A DNA stretch of 64,000 bases from Lama guanicoe (Eukaryota), in NCBI GenBank assembly GCA_013239625.1, contig MU054204.1, positions 148,879-212,878 of the forward strand, in the 5' to 3' direction. How positions within the stretch are numbered: the stretch's first letter is position 1; the number at the start of each line of letters is the position of its first letter. Position numbers and translations under genes: made by a program. Positions 26,967 to 40,602 of this stretch are shown here, in pieces. The notes under the pieces are model-generated. The model did not search any database. It was not told where the DNA came from and saw nothing but the letters and a program-made list of their open reading frames with translations.

Positions 26967-27080
26967 GGCAGGATATAGCTCAGTGGTAGAGCACATACTT
27001 AGCATGCATGAGGTCCTGGGTTCAATCCCCAGTACCTCCATTAAAAAATAAATAAACAGACATAATTACCACCCTCCAAA
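26967..27080 (+). mobile_element. tRNA-Ala-derived SINE
   Basis: A/B boxes and tail. Confidence 0.85.
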
Positions 27081-28427
27081 CAGGGATGAAAAATCAAGAG
27101 TGACTCCCAAGTTTCTGGCTTGAGTTGATGGTAGTGCTCTGATGGGAAGTACAGAATGAAGGGTGGATTCTCTGGGGAAAAAATGATGAATTCGATTTGG
27201 GACCTTCCAAACCCGATTCAATAGCTTATTTCCAAAAGATACTCTTTAGGGACTTGGTATACTTTAAGGTTTTGTAGTCAGGCACACCTGGGTCCAGGCT
27301 ATAATATGAGAGTAATAATAAAAATTTACCTCATAGAATGATAAGGAAGATAGAGTGATATAATGCATATGAACTGCTTAGCACAATGCTTGACATGTAG
27401 TATAGATTTGGTATTAGCTATCATTATCAGCCTCTTTCTTTTTTGGGCTCAGATTCCCCCCCACTTCTACTCAACTTTCCTAGGTTTGCTTTTAAGGTTT
27501 TCTAGCTGACTGGTCTCTGACCTCTTAACATACTCCTTTGGGGGCTGCCCCATGAATTTCTACAATCTGCATTAATCATCCTGTTTACTTTCTAGTTTCT
27601 GCGTGGTTTTGAAAAGAGCTCCGTCTTTATTCTGCACATGTTTTCCCTGCTGAGTCACCATCTCAGACTCCCCTTGACCTTCGGATCACCATGATTCATA
27701 CCACTTGCTTAGAAGGAATTTTTAACAGGTATGTCTCTCCAGGCACCAATCTACCGGGTATCAGTATGAGTATTAAATGCCCCCTCTATCATCTGATACT
27801 TTTGTTACTGGACAGAACTACCCAGAGCAGCAATTTTGATGACAACTACGATACATTTAGCACCTCTTAAGCCAGGAGCTTGAAATTTATTCTCCCATTT
27901 CATCCCTGTGAAACTTCTAAGGTAGGGGGTTAGTACTCTTCCAGTTTTATAGCCAGAAACTAACATTTACTTAGCATTTACATGATACCAGGTACTGTGT
28001 TAAGTACTTTCCATAGGTTCATTCTCATTCCATCCCCAAATGTAAGTGCCATTATTAGCCTCATTAATCAAATGAACAAAGTAAGCCTAAGACAAGTTAA
28101 AGTAACACTCTGAAGGTCACATAACTAAAAGCGACAGCTTGGGGATGGAAGTAGGAGGGTGTTTTCTCCTGTGCCCTGCTGCATGCCACAGTGGGACAAG
28201 GAAAGGAGAGGCAGGGGAGTGGGAGCATGACTGAAAATGCATACGTGATAGGATGAGTAGGTATGGCTACTGCATGTCTCTGTATCAAAAGACAAAATTA
28301 AGTCTGTTCCTTAGTCAGCTTTACTTGTAAAGTGATGATCAGGAAATAGAGTTAAGGGGGCTGGTATTTGAAATTCCTTCTCTAACTCCTTCCCACTCCT
28401 CGCTTCCTACCCAAGCACATGAAAACT

Positions 28428-28580
28428 TCTTTTTTTTAACTTTTTTATTGATTTATAATCATTTTACAATGTTGTGTCAAATTCCAGTGTTCAGCACAAT
28501 TTTTCAGTCATTCATGGACATATACATACTCATTGTCAAATTTTTTTCTCTGTGAGTTATCATAACATTTTGTGTATATA
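28428..28580 (-). mobile_element. Short young L1 3' terminus
   Basis: Matches 15520-15660. Confidence 0.8.
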
Positions 28581-29619
28581 ATCAAAGATGTTGACTTGGA
28601 GAGGAAGAGACCATAATTCAACCCACCATCCTAATGAAAGAATTGTCATTTTCTATAAGCATTTCTAGGTTGTGTCCCTACAAAAACACTTTTGCCTGGT
28701 TATAACTATTTTGTATTTTGTTCTATCTGTTTAATATTATTAAGTGAATCTTTTATCATTCTGATTTCATTTACAGCCAGGCCCTAATGTATATCAAGCT
28801 GCTCCACATTAAGATTATTTCCAGTTTACCGTTAGTAAAAAGAATATGGCATTGACAATCTTTGTGCCTATAGACTTGTGTTTTCCTTCTGCTGAAGTAT
28901 GTCCTTAGGACAGAATCCCCAGAGGGACTGCAGTGTCAAAGGCCAGGGATGTAAGAATGGCTCTTGATGCAAGTGACCCAATTGCTTTCCCAAAGGATCA
29001 GACTTCTTTGCATTGCAGTTGTGAGAGTGCAATGCAAGCTCATCACTGGTGAATGAGGGGTTAGTTGCTATTTTTTCCATGTTTTTAATTTTGTCTTAGT
29101 CTTTATTGTTTCTATGATTAGATATATACTCAAAATAATGGGAAGGTGGCAGGCAAATAAAAATTACCACTAAGGGAATGAAACAACTGGCCATTCAAAT
29201 CCCATTCAGATATATCTCTGTCCATGAGGATCTCCCAGCAGGTTGATGTTTCAGCCATTTTCAGATCCATTTCTCCACCATGAGATGACAGGTAGAAATA
29301 TGGCCGGCCTAGCAGGAGTCCCAGTTGGGAAGGTTAGATATTGAGTGGGAGAGACATCGGCCGTGTTGAGGGACCTGGTGAGTGGCACCTGTAACCAGGA
29401 CACAGAAGGCAGAATCACACTTTAAGGATGAATTACAAGTGATCATTGGCATCAAAGCTTCCTCCATTCTGTAATTAACCTGGTAGTGCCTCCCTCATAC
29501 AGCGACTCATTTGTAATCAGATGAATTAGAATCAAGAAGTACACTGGTAATAGGGAAGCAAAGTCCAGACCCGCTGCCCCTAGGAACAATGGAGAGACAG
29601 AATAATAACAACTCTTACT

Positions 29620-30020
29620 TAGCTCCTTCCTAGTGTTCAGTATTGTATGAAAGACTTTCCCCAGTTTCTCTCTAAACCTCACAACAACCCTAAACCGCAC
29701 AACAACCCTATCACGTGGGTACAATTAAGCTGATTTTACTGATGAGGAATCTGAGGCTCAGAGAGGTTGAGCTGGCAGGCAGCATGAAGAGGTAGTTAAT
29801 AGCATAAGTTCTAGAGCTAGAGCATCTAGTTCGGAAACCTGGCTTCCCCATTTACTAGTTTGTGATCTGAGACATGTTACTTAACTTCTCTGCCCTTCAG
29901 TTTCTTCTACTTGTAAAATAAGGTAATAATAGAAGAAGCTACCTTGTTTACAAGGATTGAAGGAAACAATATGTGCAGTGTTTTGAACAGTGACTGGCAC
30001 ATAGTAAGCACTCAAAAAAG
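29620..30020. mobile_element. Two MIR relics in opposite orientation
   Basis: GATGAGGAATCTGAGGCTCAGAGAGG, then CTTCAGTTTCTTCTACTTGTAAAAT. Confidence 0.6.
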
Positions 30021-30030
30021 TCTGAACTGT

Positions 30031-30160
30031 GGGGAGACAGTCCAGCTCAGTGATAGAGGATGTGCTTAGCATGCATGAGGTCCTGGGTTCAAACTCCAGT
30101 ATCTCCATTAAATAAATAAATAAAGTAAACCTAATTACCGCCCCCCCCAAACAAAAAGAA
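30031..30160 (+). mobile_element. tRNA-Ala-derived SINE
   Basis: A/B boxes and tail. Confidence 0.85.
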
Positions 30161-30249
30161 AGACACAGAAACACGATGGTAAATTAGACCAGTATCAGAT
30201 GCCCAGATTAGAAGGTAATTGTAAAAAGAACTGTAACATTAAAAAATAG

Positions 30250-31931
30250 TTTGTATATGGTGTAAGGGAGTGTTCTAGCTTCATTGTTTTACATGCTGCT
30301 GTCCAGTTTTCCCAACACCATTTGCTGAAGAGACTGTCTTTATTCCATTGTATATTCTTGCCTCCTTTGTCGAAGATGAGTTGACCAGAAGTTTGTGGGT
30401 TCATTGCTGGGCTCTCTATTCTGTTCCATTGGTCTATATGTCTGTTTTGGTACCAATACCATGCTGTCTTGATGACTGTAGCTCTATAGTATTGTCTGAA
30501 GTCTGGGAGAGTTATTCCTCCAGCCTCTTTCTTTCTCTTCAGTAATGCTTTGGCAATTCTAGGTCTTTGATGGTTCCATATAAATTTTATTATGATTTGT
30601 TCTAGTTNNNNNNNNNNNNNNNNNNNNNNNNNNNNNNNNNNNNNNNNNNNNNNNNNNNNNNNNNNNNNNNNNNNNNNNNNNNNNNNNNNNNNNNNNNNNN
30701 NNNNNNNNNNNNNNNNNNNNNNNNNNNNNNNNNNNNNNNNNNNNNNNNNNNNNNNNNNNNNNNNNNNNNNNNNNNNNNNNNNNNNNNNNNNNNNNNNNNN
30801 NNNNNNNNNNNNNNNNNNNNNNNNNNNNNNNNNNNNNNNNNNNNNNNNNNNNNNNNNNNNNNNNNNNNNNNNNNNNNNNNNNNNNNNNNNNNNNNNNNNN
30901 NNNNNNNNNNNNNNNNNNNNNNNNNNNNNNNNNNNNNNNNNNNNNNNNNNNNNNNNNNNNNNNNNNNNNNNNNNNNNNNNNNNNNNNNNNNNNNNNNNNN
31001 NNNNNNNNNNNNNNNNNNNNNNNNNNNNNNNNNNNNNNNNNNNNNNNNNNNNNNNNNNNNNNNNNNNNNNNNNNNNNNNNNNNNNNNNNNNNNNNNNNNN
31101 NNNNNNNNNNNNNNNNNNNNNNNNNNNNNNNNNNNNNNNNNNNNNNNNNNNNNNNNNNNNNNNNNNNNNNNNNNNNNNNNNNNNNNNNNNNNNNNNNNNN
31201 NNNNAACAGTGTGGAGATTCCTCAAAAGACTAGGAATAGACTTACCATATGACCCAGGAATCCCACTCCTGGGCTTGTATCCAGAAGGAAATCTACTTCA
31301 GGATGGCATCTGCACCCCAGTGTTCATAGCAGCGCTATTTACAATAGCCAAGACATGGAAACAGCCTAAATGTCCATCAACAGGTGACTGGATAAAGAAG
31401 TGGTGGTATATTTATGCAATGGAATACTACTCAGCCATAAAAACCGACAACATAACGCCATTTGCAGCAACGTGGATGCACCTGGAGAATGTCATTCTAA
31501 GTGAAGTAAGCCAGAAAGAGAAAGAAAAATACCATATGAGATCGCTCATATGTGGAATCTAAAAAAACAAAAACAAAAACAAACAAACAAACAAAAACAA
31601 AGCATAAATACAGGACAGAAATAGACTTATAGACATAGAATACAGACTTGTGGTTGCCAGGGAGGCAGAGGGTGGGAAGGGATAGACTGGGATTTCAAAA
31701 TTGTAGAATAGATAACAGGGAAATATACACAAAATCTTATGGTAGCTCACAGAGAAAAAAATGTGACAATGAGTGTGTATATGTCTATGTATGACTGAAA
31801 AATTGTGCTGAACACTGGAGTTTGACACATTATAAAATGATTATAAATCAATAAAAAATGTTAAAAAAACAATTGCATGAAAATGTAAAAAAATATAAAT
31901 AAAATAAAAAGTAAAATAAAGCAAAAAAAAA
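30250..31931 (+). mobile_element. Young L1 with 5' inversion spanning the gap
   Basis: Minus-strand ORF2 at 30250-30607, plus-strand 3' end at 31205-31931; TSD AAAAAATAGTTTG on both sides. Confidence 0.8.
30608..31204. other. Assembly gap (597 N)
   Basis: Run of N. Confidence 1.
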
Positions 31932-32397
31932 TAGTTTGAACTGTGATCATGATTATTACCAAAGATGCCACAGTCAATAAAGAGGAGAGCTTGGATTCTG
32001 GCCCAAGTTTGCTGGCCTCCAAATGTCACCCTCTCTTCATTAAATCAAAGAGCCCACTCAGAATGGTGTGCTGTTAGCCAAACCCTGTTTAGCCACCCAA
32101 ATTATTTGCATGTACTCTGATTCTCCTAGTGAGCCTACATGCAGTGACAATGTAGGAATTTAGGGGTCGTCTCCTAGCTCCTGTAGAACATCAACTTTTC
32201 CCAAGGGAAAAGATGACTTCTTCCTTCTCCATATCCATTAGGCTTGGACTAGTGGCTCACTGGGAAATGCTACTTTCATACTAAGAGAACCAAGATCCTA
32301 GGTTCTATGTATAAACATAACCATGCCAGGGCTGAGACAAACTTCTATTTTGTTCTATTTTCTTGTCATGAAACCCAGAAGTTATATTCAGGCTCAA

Positions 32398-32505
32398 TTT
32401 TATTTTTTTAATTTTTATTTTTTTAATGGAGGTACTGAGGATTGAACTCAGGACTTCATGCGTGCTAAGCATGTGCTCTGCCACTGAGCTATTTCCTTCC
32501 CCCCT
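32398..32505 (-). mobile_element. tRNA-Ala-derived SINE
   Basis: Reverse consensus; imperfect TSD CAGGC(T/C)CA(A/G)TTTT. Confidence 0.85.
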
Positions 32506-32679
32506 CCCCCAGGCCCAGTTTTAAATCCCTAACCCAGTGCCTTGCTTCAGGCCAAGTATAACAGTTAAAGTGATTTTTAGGTAGAGAAGAGCTTCTGTGA
32601 ATAGCTAATCATAAGAGTTTACACTTAGCAAGGACTTTAAAATGTTCTGGGTACCATTCTCAGTTCTTCAGCATTTCTG

Positions 32680-32850
32680 CATTTAATCCTTACAACAACC
32701 CTCTATGGTAGGTACTATTCTCACTTGGCAGAGGAAGAAACTACACACAGTGGTTAAGTAACTGGCAGAAGGTCACTTAAGTAGTGAATGTAAGGGCTAA
32801 GATTTGAATCCAGGGCCCTGGAGTCCACACATACAATCACTATACACTAC
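32680..32850 (-). mobile_element. MIR relic
   Basis: TTTAATCCTTACAACAACCCT..GGTTAAGTAACT..AAGGTCAC. Confidence 0.6.
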
Positions 32851-33408
32851 TGACTCTCATTAATGGTAAAGGGCCAATGAATAGGCAGAGGCTAATCATA
32901 GTCTGACACATAGAAGGCATTTATTACATAATTTTGCATGAACCATTCACAGTTTATGCTTCTTTACCATGCAACCCAGTAATAGTTGTACATTTAATGA
33001 AATAAATCACAGTCATGTTATTAATTTATCTAATTATCAAATTAAACTATGTGCCTGGATTAGCCTTTGGTCTGGCCGCGTGTAATTTAATCATCAGTTC
33101 ATAATGCACAGCAAAGTCCTTCATTCATCCTACATTGATTGAGAATCCCTACTAGAAGCCAAGCCTGCATACTATCTCACAGGATACAGAGAGATACATA
33201 GACGTGGGAACTTACAGTCTAGTGCAGGAGACAGACATATATACAAATACAGATGATAGTGTCTGATCAGAGGCACTGAAATGAAGTCGAACATAGGAGG
33301 ACAGAAGAAGAAAACTAAGTATGAACATGTAATGCTTTTGCTGTCCAACATGTCCTCTTCTGGTAACAGAGCTCATCCCACCTAGACTGGTACATCACCC
33401 AACTCTGG

Positions 33409-33843
33409 TGTGATGAATAATTTTATCTGTCAACTGGACTGGGCTAAGGGATGCCCAAAGAGCTGGTAAAAACATTATTTCTGGGTGTGTCTGTGAGGGC
33501 ATCTCCAGAAGAGATTATCATTTGAATCAGTAGACGGAATAAAGAAGATCACCCTCACCAATGCCAGGGGGCATCATCCAATCTGTTGAGGGCCTGGCTG
33601 GAGTAAGAAGGCAGAGGAAGGGCCAATTTGCTGTTTGCTTCATCTGGAATAGCCTGTCCCTGGACATCGGCACTCCTAGTTCTTAGACCATCAGATTCAG
33701 ACTGAATTACATCACCAGCTTTCCTGGTTCTTCAGCTTGCAGATGGCAGATCAGGGAACGTCTCAGCCTCCCTAATTGCATGGTTCCTATAGTAAACAAG
33801 CAAACAAACAATTGGTTCTGTTTCTCTGGAGAACCCTAATGCA
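33409..33843 (+). mobile_element. MLT2 (ERV-L) solo LTR
   Basis: TG...CA ends, MLT2-like sequence TGTCAACTGGACTGGGCTAAGGGATGCCC and GGTTCTGTTTCTCTGGAGAACCCT, 5-bp TSD TCTGG (33404-33408 / 33844-33848). Confidence 0.88.
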
Positions 33844-33848
33844 TCTGG

Positions 33849-34215
33849 CTAATCAGAGAATTCTATTCCTCTGGTCATGGTTCTTCATTCAATTCTGGAA
33901 TTTTTGCTGAGACTATAGAGAAAGTGGGTCTGTGTTTCTACTGGGGTTGCTAAGTGGTAAGATACAAATCTGGAGCTCTTGGTGGCTATCTTGACGACCA
34001 TGCAGAGCAAGCCTGCTTGAGACCTGAGTCAACAGAGAAGAGATCAGAGCCAATAGATCGAAACAGATTGCTGATGACATCATTTGAGCACCTGGATCTA
34101 GCTATGCCTCTAATGACCCCTGTTGATTTTCTATTAGTATCAGTAACCTCTTTCTTTCAGCTAAAGCTTATGTATGTTGTATTTCTGTCACTTGCAAGCC
34201 AAAGAGTCATGCTTT
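33849..34215 (+). mobile_element. MLT1-type LTR relic hosting the MLT2
   Basis: TTTGAGCACCTGGATCTAGC..TTCTGTCACTTGCAA 3' motifs. Confidence 0.6.
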
Positions 34216-35049
34216 ATACAAATATATATCTAGACTCTTTGTGTGCACACACCAGCCTCTGCACACACATACACTGGTCTGGTTAGTTAGAGACGGCTTC
34301 CTGGAAGAAGTAAGACCTGAACTAAACCTTAAAGTGTTGGTAGGAGTTACCTAAAGTAAAGGGAAATCTATCTTAGGCAGAGAGCTAGCATGAGTAAAAG
34401 TATAGAAGTGGGATATACCACAAAATGAGGGGGATGGGGATACCGGGAGCAGTTTGGTATGGCCAGAGGGTAAAGTGAGAGTCAGAGGAAGGAGAGACAA
34501 AGCTGGAGAGCAAGGCAGGGGCCAATTTGTGGAGTATCTAGAATGTCATGTTAAGAAGACGACCATTTGTATTCCTTATATTCCTTGTCTCAAGCCGAGT
34601 CAAATTTTTACATTTTTTCCCTCTGTGTTATTAGTTCTCCAGTAACCTGGATCTACAAACAGTATCAAAGTAGAAAGCTTTCTAGGTTGGGGTTTGGTCC
34701 ATCTCAGGATCCTTTTTTAGGTTCTGAATCACTAGAGGATCCTCATTGGCATGTCCTACTTGCTGGCTGCTTGAGGGGAGGCAATCATTATCTTCCATTC
34801 CGTGATGAAGAGATATAGCAAGATATCAACCACAATGGTCCTTCCATATGCAAAAAAAATGCCTTTGGTTTTCCAGGCCGAGGGTCATGTGTTCAGTGAT
34901 GACTAAGCATCAAGAATGTCCATGCCCTGTACTAGACGTAGGGAGTACATAGAAGAATCTGACATGGTTCCTGCCCTCAAAGAATATCCAGCCCAAGGGA
35001 GGAAACAATGAAAATAAAATGTAATCAGGGCTACAATGGAGTAACATAA

Positions 35050-35649
35050 TTTTTTTAAATTGAAGTATAGTTAGTTACAATGTGTCAATTTCTGGTATAC
35101 AGCATAATGTCCCAGTCATATGTGTATGTATATGTATATGTATATATGTGTGTGTGTGTGTGTTTGTGTGTGTGTATATATATTCATTTTCATATTCTTT
35201 TTCATTAAAAGTTATTATAAGATATTTAATATAGTTCCCTGTGCTAAACAGAAGAAATTTGGTTTTTATCTATTTTCACATATAGTGGTTAACATTTGCA
35301 AATATCAAACTCCCAAAGTTATCCCTTCCCACCCCCTTTTCCCAGTAACCATAAGATTGTTTACTATGTCTGTGAGTCTCTTTTGTAGATGAATTCATTA
35401 ATGTCCTTTTTTTTAGATTCCACATATAAATGATATCATATGGTATTTTTCTTTCTCTTTCTGGCTTACTTCACTTAGAATGATGATCTCTAGGTCCATC
35501 CATGTTGCTGCAAATGGCATTATTTTATTCTTTTTTATGGCTGAGTAGTATTCCATTTTATATATACATATATATGTATATATACCACAGCTTCTTTATC
35601 CAGTCATCTGTGGATGGACATTTAGATTGCTTCCATGTCTTGGCTATTA
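35050..35649 (-). mobile_element. L1 3' fragment
   Basis: L1 3' UTR; TSD TACAATGGAGTAA at 35032-35044 and 35650-35662. Confidence 0.88.
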
Positions 35650-37403
35650 TACAATGGAGTAATATAAAGGGAGCAGTGGGAACATCAAGAAAGAATAGAT
35701 TTCAGATATCAAGGAAGAGTTCTTCTATCAGTGTGACCTTTGAACTGACTTGAAAAAGGAGTAGGGATTTGCCAGAGGGACAAGGATGAAGGGAAGGGTA
35801 TTCCAGGCAGGAAGAAAAGCTTTTGAAAAGGCCTAGAGGTACAACAGAACAGATCGTGCTTAGGGTGACTGACAATAATTTGGAACTTCTGGAAATCTGA
35901 GTATGTGGAGGATTGGTGAGGAGAGGTTGGGACAGGGTTGTGGGCAGAAATGGGGAAGTCCTGACTATGTAGGCAGGGAGCACAAAATAAGGATCTTAGC
36001 CAGGGGACTTGAATTTTATTCAGTACACAATGCGGAACCACTGAAAACATTGAACAGAGGAGTGACATACAGTGTGTGCTTTAGAAAGAGCATCCTGGCT
36101 ACAAATTGCTGCAAAGAGGAGAATAGATTAGAGGTATCTGGGCAGAACTGCAGACATCATGGAGCTCAGTTAGGAATCTGTTCCAATGATCTAGGTGTGA
36201 GACGATGATGGAGTGGCAGTGGGCATGGATAGAAGTAGATGGATTTGAGAACTATTTGGTGGTTGAGTGGCTGTTAGTGATGTAGGAAGAAAAAGGGAGA
36301 TGTTAGGTATAATATCCAGGTTTCTGAAGTTAAATCTCAACCAGTGAAAGAAAAAAACACTGGAAGTGCTCTATTAGAACATCAAGTAATTTTCAGGTTC
36401 CTGACATTTGTTCCAGAATTGAGGAACCTCCTTCCTTACTCATCTGAGCTGCCAGACTCTCAGAGAGAGAAGCCAGGCATTCCAAAATTTGAACATGAGT
36501 CCTTATGTGTGGCTTTGTTCATGTATCTACATGGGGGAAGGCGTCTATGTGTACACATGCCTGGGACCACCTCTCCCACACAAAATATCTGGGGAAAGTC
36601 ACATTTTTCCATAAGCCCATCTGACAAGGCCTGGACAAATACAACTGGTTATTCTTTCCTCTTTGGGCTAGGTCATTATATATTCAAGCCAAAGCAAACT
36701 AGTTTCCTCTCTAGTCACTGTTTCATAGACAGGGTTCATTTCTATTTACTCTAGAGTAAAAATAAACTATCAAAGAAAAGAAGGGTATCTATATCTATAT
36801 TTTGACTGTCAACTGTATAGTTCTCCAGAGCTTCATCAAAACCATAGTGGGGGCTTTGTTTTGTTCAAATGCCCATTGCATTGGTGTACCTTCTCTGTCA
36901 CACTAAAAGGGCAAAATGATGGAAACTTTTTGAAAGTAAAAGGGCTGGGTTTTGTGTGTAGGTTCATCTGTGATTTGTTTCTCTCCATAGCTGAAGGAGT
37001 TGAGGCAAGAGCTTAATATGCACCAAATATTTATTTTATTAATGACTAAGGAGTAATGAATGGCTCACAGAAAACAGCATTTGAGAAATAGAACAAATTG
37101 GCTAACCCATAGCTCCATGCTGGGTACCAAAAAGAGGGCATCTTCAAGCCCACATTTTGGGTCTAAGCAGTTCATCTGATTATCACATCCTTGATATGGA
37201 GTCAGTCCCTGGCTGAAACTCCCGTAGAGCAATGGTAAACATTCATCACAGCCCAGCTGAACCTGTACCAGATGACTGATTTCCCCAAGGGCAAATTGAA
37301 GGTTTCCAGTTGGGCTGACATTAGTGTGAGCTTAGAACACAAACAAACCAACTCCTGCTCCAACAAGCCTTCCCAGAGAACACCAACCACAACAGATGAC
37401 AGC

Positions 37404-37408
<5 letters not shown>

Positions 37409-37449
<41 letters not shown>
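37409..37449. repeat. (CA)n microsatellite
   Basis: Seen directly. Confidence 0.97.
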
Positions 37450-37451
<2 letters not shown>

Positions 37452-38667
37452 CACAATAGCTGTGTAGATTTGTCAGCTCAAGAAGGAAGAAGTTCTAAAT
37501 CTACAGTGTCAAACATAATACCAAGTGAAGATCCTGAGATTCCATGAGACAACTGATATTTTTCTGAGTGGATAAAAGCACAGGATAATCCAAATGGGAT
37601 AACTTGGCAAGAGGATTCTTTATAAAGTTACCCAAGGAGAAACTGAAACTCCGTATTTCTCCAGCAGCATGTACTTACAAGGATTTCTTTAACAAAAGGA
37701 GTGTTCCAGCTACAGTATTTTGTCTGCTATTGTTATATTAGCTTTAACTCAGAAGAAACAGGCCTTGATCATATATCATAATGACTTTCCTTAACCCTAG
37801 GCAAGACTCCCCAGGAATTAAACTCTTTAGTGGAATAGTCTACCTAGAATTGTCCTTTGCTGCAACCCCCCACTCCTCCCACACACCCTTAGATGTATAC
37901 TAGGTGGGAGGGAGGAGCTTGTTATAATTTTCATGTAATCTGTGTATGAATAATACCTGTAACATTAGACTTTTTCCCCTCTCCACTGATAATTATCATT
38001 GCCCAAGATCTCGCCTCTGTGAGAAACATTCAGAAGGGTCAGGGTAATTGTTGGGCAAGGTGTGGATACATGGAGAAACAAGGGCCTTAGAAATCCAAGT
38101 AGAATAGTCCCATAGATCCAATTGATGAGATTAAAAATGAATACCTTTTGATATCATTTATGACATAATCTGTTTCATTAAAAAAAATGCCTTGGGTCTC
38201 CCTTTGCCTACGAGTCTACTGGCCCAAGAATATTCTGGGCCCACCAATACTTGATTTTTCAAAAAAGTATGGAGGGGATGATTAGTAAAGCAATGAATCT
38301 ATTGGTTTCACCTGTAAAATGGTGACTCTAATTCTGACTCTTACCTTATTTTTCCCAAGGGAGTGATGAAATGAAAAAGATGACTTGATAAAATTCGCTA
38401 AGTATCTTAGAAGTATGTGTCAGAGTCCACTAGATAACAATCACAAAACACAGATTAGATTTCTCTACTGTGATCATTTGCCTATGACAAATGAGAACTT
38501 CAAACAATCTGTGAGCTAGCAGAGAAAGGGTTTCTGAAATAGTGACTGCTAGCCTACAGACAGGAAGTTGGAAGTCTGGCTGCAGAATGGAAGAAAAGGA
38601 AAAGAAATGGAATTAAGCAGTCTTTTGAGGTAGAGCCTGCTTCTAGGGGAGAAGGTATAGCCTGCTT

Positions 38668-38890
38668 TAGGAAGGGATGAATTGGGAGTTTGAGATTTGC
38701 AGATACTAACTACTGCATATAAATTAGATAAACAACAAGTTTCCACTGTATAGTACAGGGAACTATATTCAATATCTTGTAGTAACCTATAATGAAAATG
38801 AATACATGTATGTATTCCTATGATTGAACTATTATGCTGTACATCAGAAATTGACACATTGCAACTGACTATAATTCAGTTAAAAAAATA
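38668..38890 (+). mobile_element. Short L1 3' fragment
   Basis: GGGAGTTTGAGATTTGCAGATAC...A tail. Confidence 0.8.
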
Positions 38891-39789
38891 ATCATTCTGA
38901 TCACTATGGGAAGGTGGCCCTCAAAGCCAAGTTCAGGGAACACATCTTCATTCTCTCTCCCTCTCTCCCCTACACACACTCAGATCAGTCTCCCTTGAGG
39001 ACTACCTGGAGCTTGGGCCTAACAACCACATATACTTCCTGTTATACAGATGTACAGACATACAGTCACCTAGGTAATCAGAACAGCATTCAGAAACAGG
39101 CCCATATAAACATTCAGAAAACAATATGGATTAGACAGGCAAACAGAGGACAAAGGGCACAGAAATTGCATAAAATGGGTTGGGTAGATATATTTGGGGA
39201 GTAGTAGTGACTATTAACATTCTCATCCGCACCCAAGTTCAGAACCAATTGAGAGACACAAGAAGCAGAGAGGAAGAGATGAAAAATATCTGTTTACTAC
39301 TGTTACAAGCTGGATTGGAGGACAGGGAATATATAGATGGCCATAATAGACTTCTTCATACTCTCTCCACTTAGCTAGACAGAATTGCCAACTTATCCAA
39401 AGGTGGGGAAACAGGCCAAGACAATTATTCTAACAGAAATGCTCCCAAATGGACACATGAAGAGAGCAGAATGGAGGATTTTAAACCCTGCCCTCCCCTG
39501 CAAAAGAGGAGAATATGACAGAGATGTGATTAATAAAGTTTTATCACAGGATGCTTCTCCAGCCTCCCTGCCTTGAAATCCTGGTTTTCTCACTTCCTGG
39601 AAAATTTTTACTAATACTTACTTTGCAGGATCATTGTAATCATTGACAATAATATATGGAAAATGCCTTGCACGGTGCCTAGCGGTTGTTCTCTGAATGT
39701 AGGGCAAATTAAACTCACTGAATGAATACTGTTAAATTTTCTGTTGAAACATTGTTTCAGTAAATATGTAAGCTCTTTAAAAGAACAAA

Positions 39790-40602
39790 TGTTATGTCCA
39801 TACTACCCAAAGTGATCTACAGATTCAATGCAATCCCTATCAAAATTCCAATGGTATTTTTCACAGAAATAGGAAAAGAAATCCTAAAATTTGTATGGAC
39901 CCACAAAAGAACCCAAATAGCCAAAGCAACCTTGGGAAAGAAGAACAAAGCTGGAAGCATTCCTGATTTCAAAATATATCCCAAAGCTATAGTAATCAAA
40001 ACAGTATGATATTGGAATAAAAACAGACACATAAACCAGTGAAACATAATAGAGAGCCCAGAAATAAACCCACACATATTCATGCAACTAATATTTGACA
40101 AGGGGGCCAAGAGCGTCCCACTGGGCAAAGGATAGTCCCTTAAACAAATGCAAATTGGATATCCACATGCAAAAGAATAAAACAAAACCCCTCTTTTACA
40201 CCATTCACAAAAATAAACTCAAAATGGATTAAAGTCTTATATGTAAGACCTGAAATTGTAAAACTCCTAGAAGAAAACATAGGAAGAAATCTTCATGATG
40301 TTGGTCTTGGCAATGACTTCTTGGATACAACACCAAAAGCATAGGAAACAAAAGCAAAAATAAATAAGTGGGATCATATCAAAGTAAAAAGCTTCTGCAC
40401 AGAAAACAAAAAACATAAAACCTATCAAAAACAAACCATAAATAAGGCAACCTACAGAATGAGAGAAAATATTTGCAGACTATGTATCTGATAAGGAGTT
40501 AATATCCAAAATCTATAAGGAATTCATAGAAGTCAATAGCAAAATTAAATTTAATTTAATTTAAAAAAGGAAAAAAGAAAATAACTTGATTTAAAAATGG
40601 GC
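39790..40602 (+). mobile_element. Older L1 ORF2 fragment (its 3' UTR resumes at ~41728-41840)
   Basis: [19 protein letters not shown] motif. Confidence 0.85.

Noticed and set aside
30592..31233. Long ORFs of X residues
   Set aside because: Artefact of the N gap
38221..38241. Near-palindrome GGCCCAAGAATATTCTGGGCC
   Set aside because: Short and isolated; compatible with chance
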